Program-made: the position numbers and the translations under genes
The notes under the pieces: generated by a model
Told to the model about the DNA's origin: nothing
The model's input: the letters and a program-made list of their open reading frames with translations, nothing else
Databases searched by the model: none
Shown here: in pieces, positions 7,635-16,541 of the stretch
How positions within the stretch are numbered: position 1 is the stretch's first letter
Layout of the letters: each line of letters opens with the position of its first letter
Origin: a virus
Taxonomy: Duplodnaviria; Heunggongvirae; Uroviricota; Caudoviricetes
Strand: one strand, 5' to 3'
Length of the DNA stretch: 21,272 nucleotides
Virus record (IMG/VR): IMGVR_UViG_2778261501_000004
Coordinates: 1-21,272 of that record

Positions 7635-8560
7635 CTCAACACATAATCCATAGCCACTAAGTCATCAACAAACGTTAGATTGTCTTGGTGGTTTATCTGT
7701 GGATATTTTTTAGTCAGATTTACTAGTCTAAGTCTATCAACAAATATTGCAGCACCAAAATCACTCCTGTGAGCCCAGTCGCGGTTATGCCATCTTAAAT
7801 CTTGTGGAAGAAAATAATATGTTGACCATGGATGTAAGACAGGAAGCAAATTCCACAATTTAGCCGGTGTGGCCTCAAGTTGTTTTGCTACCCATTCAGT
7901 TTTTGAACATCCACATTGAGCAAGAGCAAGAGGTATAGACTCACGATTATCTCCCATATCATGCCAAGCGAGTATATCAATTCCTCCATCTCCCCTGTCA
8001 TTTGGTTTGAAATCTTCAATTGAAAAATTAGCTTTACATCTGAAATCTTGTGCTATTTTAGTTAACTTATCAAAGAGTAAGCCAGTGTAGTGACCTGAAT
8101 TACCTGCGCTAGCCCAACAGTGTTTAACTGTTGCTCCTTCAGGCATGAGGGCTTGAAATATGGGATAGCTTATTTTCTCAAATGCACTTGTAAATATGTC
8201 ACGGTGACTATTTTCTATATATTTTATATTTGCACAGGCTAAGAGTGCTATGTATAGTTTTTCATTTTGATTGTAATCAGCAATATTATGCTTTCTTAAG
8301 AATAATGTGTCTCTGTCATCAGAAAAATAAAAGGGGTAATCATCACCGAAAAGGCTAATTCTTGTGTCAATGAATGTCGCTGCAAAATTCCATTTATCGT
8401 CAGAATACCCGCGTGACTTTGGATTTGCTTGAGACCTAAAGAGGCTTGCTAGATCTCCTCTACTAAAGCATTTGTCTGTATTTACTGTAGCCCATAACTC
8501 TAAATAGTCGCCCCATAAATATGGCTCGTTATCGGGTAATGAGTCCATGTGAAAAATCAT
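7631..8560 (-). CDS. putative nuclease, Mrr-like PD-(D/E)xK signature (cargo, second gene of minus-strand pair)
   Basis: 309-aa ORF; start ATG overlaps the stop of the upstream gene (TAATG); contains NDRGDGGIDILAW followed by a Q-x-x-x-x-K region, reminiscent of the GDGGID core of Mrr-type restriction nuclease domains. 3' end overlaps the MTase stop by about 4 nt. Confidence 0.55.
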   Translation of the reverse strand: MIFHMDSLPDNEPYLWGDYLELWATVNTDKCFSRGDLASLFRSQANPKSRGYSDDKWNFAATFIDTRISLFGDDYPFYFSDDRDTLFLRKHNIADYNQNEKLYIALLACANIKYIENSHRDIFTSAFEKISYPIFQALMPEGATVKHCWASAGNSGHYTGLLFDKLTKIAQDFRCKANFSIEDFKPNDRGDGGIDILAWHDMGDNRESIPLALAQCGCSKTEWVAKQLEATPAKLWNLLPVLHPWSTYYFLPQDLRWHNRDWAHRSDFGAAIFVDRLRLVNLTKKYPQINHQDNLTFVDDLVAMDYVLS

Positions 8561-9639
8561 TATTCATCTTCCTCACGGATGCTTTCAATTTGTTTTTTAA
8601 TTTTACGCGCTATAGATAATATTTCACTCGAACGATATTCGTGATTTTCTGTGAAAGAGTGCGTGTTGAGAAGCATATCCCAAACAACTCTTAGTCGAGA
8701 TTCTGCTTGGTCTAGAGCTTGATCCAAAGCCTCTTCATGACCATTTGTATATAAATAGGCTTCTTCAATGTTTTTAGACTTTATGAGGTTATCTATTGCT
8801 GCTTCATTGGCAACTATTGTTGAAAGATTTTTGATCTTGCGACTTTCACCAATGATAGTATCACCCTGTTGATCTCTAACAAAGAACCAAGCAAAAAGCT
8901 TCTCAAGGTTTTCCTCTTTCAGGTTTTTAGCAGATAAATCTTTTCTATCATCTAAGCCTAACCAGTCTGTAATGTTAGTATATCCAAGAGCTGTTGTTAT
9001 GTAGGAAAAATCGACATCATTCTCACTCATATGCAAATTATAGAAGTTTTTATCAGCAGCGGTTTCATATAATTTGAGTGAAGTTAATAAAAGGCCGACG
9101 TAATAAGATTTACTGCCAATTTCTTTAGCTAATGACTTTAAAAGAGATTCTTTGTCTGCACCTTTGTAGAAAGTTTCACTAAGCTCCTTAAGATACTTAG
9201 CTTTAGAAAGTGCATCCCATTCTTTCACACCAGTAATGTGTCTATATCCGATATAACGTAACACATCTTCACGTCTTGTGTAGACGAGACAAGGTAATTT
9301 AGTCGGTTTATAAGTAGCATCGTCCTGAATTAGTTGAATGCTTTTTTCTTTTCTTTTAGGTGGTAAAAGTTCGCTATTGAGCAACTTTACGGCAGCAAGG
9401 CGACGGTTACCCTCAACTACAACATATTTTTTCCCGGAACTAACCACTAAAAGAGGTTCTCCGGGAAAGTAATCTTGTTCCCCTATGGACAGCATCAAAT
9501 CTTGTACACTTTCGTCATCAAGCATTTCTTCAATGACGGCATTTTCAGATCCAGCCCTATCGTTTAACCGATAGAAACGTGGGTTTTCAGGATCAAACTC
9601 TAGATCTTCCGTGTTTATGTATTTGATTTCGTTGCTCAT
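8560..9639 (-). CDS. ParB/Srx N-terminal domain protein (cargo, first gene of minus-strand pair)
   Basis: 359-aa ORF; residues 1-90 show the ParB N-terminal pattern (DPENPRF ... SIGEQDYFPGEPLLVV ... YVVVEGNRRLAAVKLL, i.e. the GxRR arginine box); remainder predicted helical, unassigned. Confidence 0.65.
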   Translation of the reverse strand: MSNEIKYINTEDLEFDPENPRFYRLNDRAGSENAVIEEMLDDESVQDLMLSIGEQDYFPGEPLLVVSSGKKYVVVEGNRRLAAVKLLNSELLPPKRKEKSIQLIQDDATYKPTKLPCLVYTRREDVLRYIGYRHITGVKEWDALSKAKYLKELSETFYKGADKESLLKSLAKEIGSKSYYVGLLLTSLKLYETAADKNFYNLHMSENDVDFSYITTALGYTNITDWLGLDDRKDLSAKNLKEENLEKLFAWFFVRDQQGDTIIGESRKIKNLSTIVANEAAIDNLIKSKNIEEAYLYTNGHEEALDQALDQAESRLRVVWDMLLNTHSFTENHEYRSSEILSIARKIKKQIESIREEDE

Positions 9640-9830
9640 AATTGTATTCTGCGCAGATATAAGGATGACTTGCTACAGCATAACCTTATGTTTAGCATCT
9701 GTCATTATGATGGCTGCCTTATGCATGATTTTGCATCCATTTTTTATTTTATTTTTTTGGGGGCGCATTAGGCCCGATATGGTTTTTGGAGACGATGCGT
9801 TTGCATCAAAACAGCCCCATGAAGCGGGCG

Positions 9831-9849
9831 GGCGAGGCGGGGAAAGCAC
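9831..9849. other. cos cohesive-end site (P2-type 19-nt sequence)
   Basis: GGCGAGGCGGGGAAAGCAC matches what I recall as the P2 19-nt cohesive end, and sits where cos is expected, between the A-side cargo and the Q/P packaging genes. Confidence 0.6.
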
Positions 9850-9990
9850 TGCGCGCTGGCAGTAGTGCTGATTTTATTTTTTCAGCGTCTGAGCGCGTCG
9901 TGATGGCGTTTAGATTGTGTGCCGGGGCGTTGGTTTGTCTGCGGGCTATTTTGCGCGGAGGTGAGCGTGTGAGGGCGTGATGGCGGGGTG

Positions 9991-10013
9991 TAAAAAAGCC
10001 GCCCGCAGGCGGC
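9991..10013 (-). terminator. rho-independent terminator downstream of Q (leftward late operon)
   Basis: GCCGCC-CGCA-GGCGGC hairpin followed on the minus strand by a T-run (plus-strand AAAAAA at 9992-9997), 6 nt past the Q stop. Confidence 0.55.
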
Positions 10014-10018
10014 GATGT

Positions 10019-11053
10019 TCAGCCGTTGTCAGTGTCCAGTGAGTAGTTTTTAAAGCGGATGACCTCCTGACCGAGCCAGCCGTTTATCTCGCGGATCCTG
10101 TCCTGTAACGGGATAAGCTCATTGCGGACAAAGACCTTTGCCACTTTCTCAATATCACCCAGCGACCCGACGTTCTCCGGCTTGCCGCCCATCAACTGAA
10201 AGGGGATGCGGTGCGCGTCCAGCAGGTCAGCGGCGCTGGCTTTTTTGATATTAAAAAAATCGTCCTTCGTTGCCACTTCACTGAGCGGGATAATTTTTAT
10301 GCCGTCGGCTTTCCCCTGTGGGGCATAGAGAAACAGATTTTTAAAGTTATTGCGGCCTTTCGACTTAACCATGTTTTCGCGAAGCATTTCGATATCGTTG
10401 CGATCCTGCACGGCATCGGTGACGTACATGATGTATCCGGCATGTGCGCCATTTTCGTAATACTTGCGGCGGAACAGCGTGGCCGACTCATTCAGCCAGG
10501 CAGAATTAAGGGCGCTCAGATATTCCGGCAGGCCGTACAACTCCTGATTGATATCCGGCTCCAGCAGGTGAAACACGGAGCCGGGCGTGAAGGCTGTCGG
10601 CTCGTTGAAGGACGGCACCCACCAGTAAACATCCTCCTCCACGCCACGGCGGGTATATTTTGCCGGTGAGGTTTCCAGTCTGATGACCTTACCGGTGGTG
10701 CTGTAACGCTTTTCCAGAAACGCATTACCGAACACCAGAAAATCCAGCACAAAGCGGCTGAAATCCTGCTGGGAAAGCCACGGATGCGGGATAAATGTCG
10801 AGGCCAGAATATTACGTTTGACGTAAATCGGTGAGCTGTGATGCACGGCAGCACGCAGGCTTTTTGCCAGACCGGTAAAGCTGACCGGTGGCTCATACCA
10901 TCTGCCGTTACTGATGCACTCGACGTAATCCAGAATGTCACGGCGGTCGAGTACCGGCACCGGCTCACCAAAGGTGAATGCCTCCATTTTCGGGGCGCTG
11001 GCGGTCATTGTTTTCACCGCTGGCTGCGGTGTTTTCCCTTTTTTCTTGCTCAT
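10019..11053 (-). CDS. portal protein gpQ
   Basis: 344 aa, leftward, start overlaps terminase stop; size and position as P2 Q. Confidence 0.85.
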   Translation of the reverse strand: MSKKKGKTPQPAVKTMTASAPKMEAFTFGEPVPVLDRRDILDYVECISNGRWYEPPVSFTGLAKSLRAAVHHSSPIYVKRNILASTFIPHPWLSQQDFSRFVLDFLVFGNAFLEKRYSTTGKVIRLETSPAKYTRRGVEEDVYWWVPSFNEPTAFTPGSVFHLLEPDINQELYGLPEYLSALNSAWLNESATLFRRKYYENGAHAGYIMYVTDAVQDRNDIEMLRENMVKSKGRNNFKNLFLYAPQGKADGIKIIPLSEVATKDDFFNIKKASAADLLDAHRIPFQLMGGKPENVGSLGDIEKVAKVFVRNELIPLQDRIREINGWLGQEVIRFKNYSLDTDNG

Positions 11054-12825
11054 CAGTAAAACTCCAGAATGGTGGATGTCAGCGGGGTGCTGATACCGGC
11101 GGTGAGTGGCTCATTTAACAGGGCGTGCATGGTCGCCCAGGCGAGGTCGGCGTGGCTGGCTTCCTCGCTGCGGCTGGCCTCATAGGTGGCGCTGCGTCCG
11201 CTGCTGGTCATGGTCTTGCGGATAGCCATAAACGAGCTGGTGATGTCGGTGGCGCTGACGTCATATTCCAGACAGCCACGGCGGATGACGTCTTTTGCCT
11301 TGAGCACCATTGCGGTTTTCATTTCTGGTGTGTAGCGGATATCGCGCGCGGCGGGATAGAACGAGCGCACGAGCTGGAACACGCCGACACCGAGGCCGGT
11401 GGCATCAATACCGATGTATTCGACGTTATATTTTTCGGTGAGTTTGCGGATGGATTCCGCCTGGGTGGCAAAGTCCATGCCTTTCCACTGGTGACGCTCA
11501 AGTATTCTGAATTTGCCACCGGCCACCACCGGCGGTGCCAGCACCACACATCCGGCACTGTCGCCACGGTGTGACGGGTCGTAACCAATCCATACCGGAC
11601 GGGAGCCGAACGGATTCGCGGCAAACGGCGCATAGTCTTCCCATTCTTCCAGCGTGTCGACCATGCAGCGTTGCAGCTCCTCGAACGGGAACACCGACGC
11701 CTTGTCGTCAACAAATTCACACATGAACAGGTTTTTAAAATCGTCGGCGCTGTTTTCGCGTTTGAGCTGCTCAATGTCGAACAGCGTGCAGCCACCTTTC
11801 AGGGCGTCCTCAATGGTGACAATCTGTCGCCACTGGCCGTCCGCACAGAGAAGCCCACCGGCAAGGGCGTTATGACTGACGTCGATTTCCACGCGTTCGG
11901 CGGCGCTGGCGCGTCCCCGGTTATACAGTTCACCCGACCAGAACGGGTAGGCGTCGTGCGCCAGCGTGGACGGGGTGGAGAAATAGGTCGAACGCAGGTG
12001 ACTCTGTGAGGCCATACCTGATGCCACCTTACGCAGTACCTGAAAATTCGGGATCCAGAAAATCTCGTCGACGTACAGGTCGCCGTTATGGCTCTGCGCG
12101 GTGTTGGAGTTGGTGCCGAGAAAAATCAGTTTTGCGCCGTTATTGCCCAGGACAATCGGGTCACCGGTCAGGTCAACGTCAACCAGACGGGCAAAGGCGA
12201 TGATGTATTCGCGGAACACATACGCCTGCGTTTTACTGGCCGACAGAAAAATCTGGTTATGACCGGTTTTCAGGGCGCGCAGCAGCGCCTCGCGGGAAAA
12301 ATAAAATGTCGCGCCAATCTGGCGGGATTTCAGGATATCGCGGATGCGGTGCTCAAGCCCGGCGCGATACCAGTGCAACTGATAGTCGAAAGACTGCTCA
12401 AAGAAAATCTGCTCCAGCTTTTCGATGGCCTCGTCACTGAAAAAATTCTTTTTCGGTTTGCGCCGCCCGCCTTTGTTGCGGTTAGCGACGTTCGGATTAA
12501 GGTCTGCCTCGTTGCCGGTCTGGCTGTAGCGATTTACCCGTGCCAGTCGTTCAATCTGGCGTCCCAGCAGGTCAATTTCCTTGAAGTCACCGCCGGTTTT
12601 CTGCGGTTTGATGATGAGCTGGGTCAGCCGCGCTTCCAGGCTCATTTCGACACGGCTGATGGGGGCAACGCTGTCCCAGCCGTCGCGCTGTTTCCAGCTC
12701 TGCACCGTCGGGCGTTTCATCTGCAACATGGCGGCAATCTGCGGCACGGAAAACCCCTGCCAGTACAGCAGCGCCGCCTGACGACGCGGGTCGTGTAAAA
12801 GAGTGGTGTCTGTGGTGATGGTCAT
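11053..12825 (-). CDS. terminase large (ATPase) subunit gpP
   Basis: Start taken at ATG 12823-12825 (MTITTDTTLLHDPRRQAALLYWQGFSVPQIA...), giving 590 aa; the track ORF extends 17 codons further upstream. Divergent from O, as in P2. Confidence 0.85.
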   Translation of the reverse strand: MTITTDTTLLHDPRRQAALLYWQGFSVPQIAAMLQMKRPTVQSWKQRDGWDSVAPISRVEMSLEARLTQLIIKPQKTGGDFKEIDLLGRQIERLARVNRYSQTGNEADLNPNVANRNKGGRRKPKKNFFSDEAIEKLEQIFFEQSFDYQLHWYRAGLEHRIRDILKSRQIGATFYFSREALLRALKTGHNQIFLSASKTQAYVFREYIIAFARLVDVDLTGDPIVLGNNGAKLIFLGTNSNTAQSHNGDLYVDEIFWIPNFQVLRKVASGMASQSHLRSTYFSTPSTLAHDAYPFWSGELYNRGRASAAERVEIDVSHNALAGGLLCADGQWRQIVTIEDALKGGCTLFDIEQLKRENSADDFKNLFMCEFVDDKASVFPFEELQRCMVDTLEEWEDYAPFAANPFGSRPVWIGYDPSHRGDSAGCVVLAPPVVAGGKFRILERHQWKGMDFATQAESIRKLTEKYNVEYIGIDATGLGVGVFQLVRSFYPAARDIRYTPEMKTAMVLKAKDVIRRGCLEYDVSATDITSSFMAIRKTMTSSGRSATYEASRSEEASHADLAWATMHALLNEPLTAGISTPLTSTILEFY

Positions 12826-12998
12826 GAATACCTCGCCGTGATGAATACACGGCAAGGCTACTGAGTCGCGTCCCACGATTCGCTAAGGTGCTGTTGTGTC
12901 AGTGATAAGCCATCCGGGACTGATGGCGGAGGATGCGCATCGTCGGGAAACTGATGCCGACATGTGACTCCTCTAATCACTATTCAGGACTCCTGACA
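12826..12998. promoter_or_regulatory. divergent late promoter region (P_P leftward, P_O rightward), Ogr-dependent in P2
   Basis: 173-bp intergenic region between divergent P and O starts; promoter elements not resolved by eye. Confidence 0.45.
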
Positions 12999-13853
12999 AT
13001 GGCAAAAAAAGTCTCAAAATTCTTTCGTATCGGCGTTGAGGGTGACACCTGTGACGGGCGTGTCATCAGTGCGCAGGATATTCAGGAAATGGCCGAAACC
13101 TTTGACCCGCGTGTCTATGGTTGCCGTATTAACCTGGAACATCTGCGCGGCATCCTGCCTGACGGTATTTTTAAGCGTTATGGCGATGTGGCCGAACTGA
13201 AGGCCGAAAAGATTGACGATGATTCGGCGCTGAAAGGCAAATGGGCGCTGTTTGCGAAAATCACCCCGACCGATGACCTTATCGCGATGAACAAGGCCGC
13301 GCAGAAGGTTTATACCTCAATGGAAATTCAGCCGAACTTTGCCAACACCGGCAAATGTTATCTGGTGGGACTGGCCGTCACCGATGACCCGGCAAGCCTC
13401 GGTACGGAATACCTGGAATTCTGCCGCACGGCAAAACACAACCCCCTGAACCGCTTCAAATTAAGCCCTGAAAACCTGATTTCAGTGGCAACGCCCGTTG
13501 AGCTGGAATTTGAAGACCTGCCTGAAACCGTGTTCACCGCCCTGACCGAAAAGGTGAAATCCATTTTTGGCCGCAAACAGGCCAGCGATGACGCCCGTCT
13601 GAATGACGTGCATGAAGCGGTGACCGCTGTCGCTGAGCATGTGCAGGAAAAGCTGAGTGCCACTGAGCAGCGCCTCGCTGAGATGGAAACCGCCTTTTCC
13701 GCACTTAAGCAGGAGGTGACTGACAGGGCGGATGAAACCAGCCAGGCATTCACCCGCCTGAAAAACAGTCTCGACCACACCGAAAGTCTGACCCAGCAGC
13801 GCCGCAGCAAGGCCACCGGCGGTGGCGGTGACGCCCTGATGACGAACTGCTGA
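12999..13853 (+). CDS. capsid scaffolding protein gpO
   Basis: Start at ATG 12999 (MAKKVSKFFRIGVEGDTCDGR...), 284 aa; first gene of rightward late operon. Confidence 0.85.
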   Translation: MAKKVSKFFRIGVEGDTCDGRVISAQDIQEMAETFDPRVYGCRINLEHLRGILPDGIFKRYGDVAELKAEKIDDDSALKGKWALFAKITPTDDLIAMNKAAQKVYTSMEIQPNFANTGKCYLVGLAVTDDPASLGTEYLEFCRTAKHNPLNRFKLSPENLISVATPVELEFEDLPETVFTALTEKVKSIFGRKQASDDARLNDVHEAVTAVAEHVQEKLSATEQRLAEMETAFSALKQEVTDRADETSQAFTRLKNSLDHTESLTQQRRSKATGGGGDALMTNC

Positions 13854-13911
13854 CCGGCGTCAGTCAGTCCGGGAAAACCTTCACGATTAACCCTTAATTT
13901 CAGGAAAAACT

Positions 13912-14985
13912 ATGCGCCAGGAAACCCGCTTTAAATTTAATGCCTACCTGTCCCGTGTTGCCGAACTGAACGGCATCGCCGCCGGTGATGTGTCGAAAAA
14001 ATTCACCGTTGAACCGTCGGTCACCCAGACCCTGATGAACACCATGCAGGAGTCCTCTGATTTTCTGACCCGCATCAACATTGTGCCGGTCAACGAAATG
14101 AAAGGGGAAAAAATTGGTATCGGTGTCACCGGCTCCATCGCCAGCACCACCGACACCGCCGGTGGCACCGAGCGTCAGCCGAAGGACTTCTCGAAGCTGG
14201 CGTCTAACAAGTACGAATGCGACCAGATTAACTTCGATTTTTATATCCGCTACAAAACGCTTGACCTGTGGGCGCGTTATCAGGATTTCCAGCTCCGTAT
14301 CCGTAACGCCATTATCAAACGCCAGTCCCTTGATTTCATTATGGCCGGTTTTAACGGCGTGAAGCGTGCAGAAACCTCTGACCGCAGCAGCCATCCGATG
14401 CTGCAGGATGTGGCGGTCGGCTGGCTGCAGAAATACCGCAATGAAGCCCCGGCGCGTGTGATGAGTAAGGTCACTGACGAGGAAGGCCGCACCACCTCTG
14501 AGGTTATCCGCGTGGGTAAGGGCGGTGATTATGCCAGCCTTGATGCACTGGTGATGGATGCGACCAACAACCTGATTGAGCCGTGGTATCAGGAAGACCC
14601 TGACCTTGTGGTGATTGTGGGGCGTCAGTTACTGGCGGACAAGTATTTCCCCATCGTTAACAAGGAGCAGGACAACAGCGAAATGCTGGCCGCTGACGTC
14701 ATCATCAGCCAGAAACGCATCGGTAACCTGCCAGCGGTACGCGTCCCGTACTTCCCGGCGGATGCGATGCTCATCACGAAGCTGGAAAACCTGTCCATCT
14801 ACTACATGGATGACAGCCATCGCCGCGTGATTGAGGAAAACCCGAAACTCGACCGCGTGGAGAACTACGAGTCAATGAACATTGATTACGTGGTGGAAGA
14901 CTACGCCGCCGGTTGTCTGGTGGAAAAAATTAAGGTCGGTGATTTCTCCACACCGGCTAAAGCGACCGCAGAGCCGGGAGCGTAA
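13912..14985 (+). CDS. major capsid protein gpN
   Basis: 357-aa ORF after O; size and position as P2 N. Confidence 0.85.
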   Translation: MRQETRFKFNAYLSRVAELNGIAAGDVSKKFTVEPSVTQTLMNTMQESSDFLTRINIVPVNEMKGEKIGIGVTGSIASTTDTAGGTERQPKDFSKLASNKYECDQINFDFYIRYKTLDLWARYQDFQLRIRNAIIKRQSLDFIMAGFNGVKRAETSDRSSHPMLQDVAVGWLQKYRNEAPARVMSKVTDEEGRTTSEVIRVGKGGDYASLDALVMDATNNLIEPWYQEDPDLVVIVGRQLLADKYFPIVNKEQDNSEMLAADVIISQKRIGNLPAVRVPYFPADAMLITKLENLSIYYMDDSHRRVIEENPKLDRVENYESMNIDYVVEDYAAGCLVEKIKVGDFSTPAKATAEPGA

Positions 14986-14988
14986 CCG

Positions 14989-15726
14989 ATGACGAGTCCC
15001 GCACAGCGCCACATGATGCGGGTCTCGGCAGCGATGACCGCGCAGCGGGAAGCCGCCCCGCTGCGACATGCAACTGTCTATGAGCAGATGCTGGTTAAGC
15101 TCGCCGCAGACCAGCGCACACTGAAAGCGATTTATTCAAAAGAGCTGAAGGCCGCGAAAAAACGCGAACTGCTGCCGTTCTGGTTGCCGTGGGTGAACGG
15201 CGTGCTGGAGCAGGGCAAAGGTGCACAGGATGACATTCTGATGACGGTCATGCTGTGGCGTCTGGATACCGGCGATATTGCCGGTGCGCTGGAGATTGCC
15301 CGTTATGCCCTGAAGTACGGTCTGACCATGCCGGGTAAACACCGCCGTACCCCGCCGTACATGTTCACCGAGGAGGTAGCGCTTGCGGCCATGCGCGCTC
15401 ATGCTGCCGGTGAGCCTGTGGACCCCCGCCTGCTGACGGACACCCTTGAACTGACCGCCACGGCTGATATGCCTGATGAAGTGCGCGCAAAGCTGCACAA
15501 AATCACCGGTCTGTTTCTGCGTGACGCTGGTGATGCCGCAGGGGCGCTGGCGCATCTGCAACGTGCGACACAGCTCGACTGTCAGGCAGGCGTAAAAAAA
15601 GAGATTGAACGACTGGAGCGGGAGCTGAAACCGAAGCCGGAGCCAAAAGCGGTCACCCGCGCCCCGCGTAAGATCCGGAGTGCGACACCGGCAAAACGTG
15701 GACGCCCGAAAAAGAAAGCCAGTTAA
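14989..15726 (+). CDS. terminase small/endonuclease subunit gpM
   Basis: 245-aa ORF 3 nt after the N stop; basic C-terminal tail; P2 M position. Confidence 0.8.
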   Translation: MTSPAQRHMMRVSAAMTAQREAAPLRHATVYEQMLVKLAADQRTLKAIYSKELKAAKKRELLPFWLPWVNGVLEQGKGAQDDILMTVMLWRLDTGDIAGALEIARYALKYGLTMPGKHRRTPPYMFTEEVALAAMRAHAAGEPVDPRLLTDTLELTATADMPDEVRAKLHKITGLFLRDAGDAAGALAHLQRATQLDCQAGVKKEIERLERELKPKPEPKAVTRAPRKIRSATPAKRGRPKKKAS

Positions 15727-15825
15727 CAACCGAATGCGCCCCGCGCCAGGGCGGCACGCCGGTCAGTGAGGGTGAATCACCTGACACAGCACCGGCGTCC
15801 ACCGCCCGACTTTTCAGAGGTAGTC

Positions 15826-16335
15826 ATGATGACGCTGATTATTCCGCGAAAGGAGGCTCCCGTGTCCGGTGAGGGTACGGTGGTCATCCCGCAACCGGCA
15901 GGCGACGAGCCGGTGATTAAAAACACGTTCTTTTTTCCCGATATCGACCCGAAGCGCGTCCGGGAACGTATGCGCCTTGAGCAGACCGTCGCCCCCGCCC
16001 GTCTGCGTGAGGCCATCAAGTCAGGCATGGCGGAAACAAATGCGGAGCTGTACGAGTACCGCGAACAGAAAATTGCCGCCGGTTTTACGCGTCTGGCGGA
16101 CGTTCCGGCAGACGATATCGACGGTGAAAGCATCAAAGTTTTTTACTACGAGCGCGCCGTGTGTGCGATGGCGACCGCGTCGCTTTATGAGCGTTATCGC
16201 GGCGTGGATGCCAGTGCGAAAGGCGACAAGAAGGCCGACAGCATTGACAGCACCATTGATGAGCTGTGGCGGGATATGCGCTGGGCAGTGGCGCGCATCC
16301 AGGACAAGCCGCGTTGCATCGTGAGTCAAATCTGA
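15826..16335 (+). CDS. head completion/stabilisation protein gpL
   Basis: Start taken at ATG 15826 with AGAGG RBS (MMTLIIPRKEAP...), 169 aa; track ORF begins earlier at 15766. Confidence 0.8.
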   Translation: MMTLIIPRKEAPVSGEGTVVIPQPAGDEPVIKNTFFFPDIDPKRVRERMRLEQTVAPARLREAIKSGMAETNAELYEYREQKIAAGFTRLADVPADDIDGESIKVFYYERAVCAMATASLYERYRGVDASAKGDKKADSIDSTIDELWRDMRWAVARIQDKPRCIVSQI

Positions 16336-16538
16336 TGAAGACCTTTGCGCTACAGGGCGACACGCTCGACGCCATTTGTGTCCGGTATTACGGGCGCACT
16401 GAGGGCGTGGTTGAGACCGTGCTCGCCGCAAATCCGGGACTGGCTGAACTGGGTGCGGTGCTGCCACACGGCACCGCCGTCGAACTGCCCGACGTTCAGA
16501 CCGCGCCCGTGGCTGAAACTGTCAATCTGTGGGAGTAA
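16335..16538 (+). CDS. tail protein gpX
   Basis: 67-aa ORF, ATGA overlap with the L stop (MKTFALQGDTLDAICVRYYG...). Confidence 0.75.
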   Translation: MKTFALQGDTLDAICVRYYGRTEGVVETVLAANPGLAELGAVLPHGTAVELPDVQTAPVAETVNLWE

Positions 16539-16541
16539 CGC

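Noticed and set aside
9611-9980. ORFs 9611..9865 and 9786..9980 across the cos region
   Set aside because: They span the cohesive-end site and G-rich packaging repeats; composition-driven, not coding.
10211-10669. 152-aa plus-strand ORF, and similar antisense ORFs (10297..10491, 10516..10971, 11125..11574, 11319..11795, 12088..12798, 13358..13816, 13900..14394, 15136..15729, 16021..16467, 17353..17787, 19014..19562)
   Set aside because: All lie antisense or out of frame within well-supported, GC-rich phage structural genes; they lack RBS or synteny support and are the usual spurious ORFs of GC-rich coding DNA.
12826-12998. N-terminal extensions of P (to 12876) and O (from 12933)
   Set aside because: They would run into the divergent late promoter region; internal ATGs give P2-like lengths (590 and 284 aa).
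15727-15825. GC-rich M-L intergenic spacer (GCGCCCCGCGCCAGGGCGGCACGCC) as a terminator or promoter
   Set aside because: Imperfect pairing and no T-run; more likely a spacer within the late operon.
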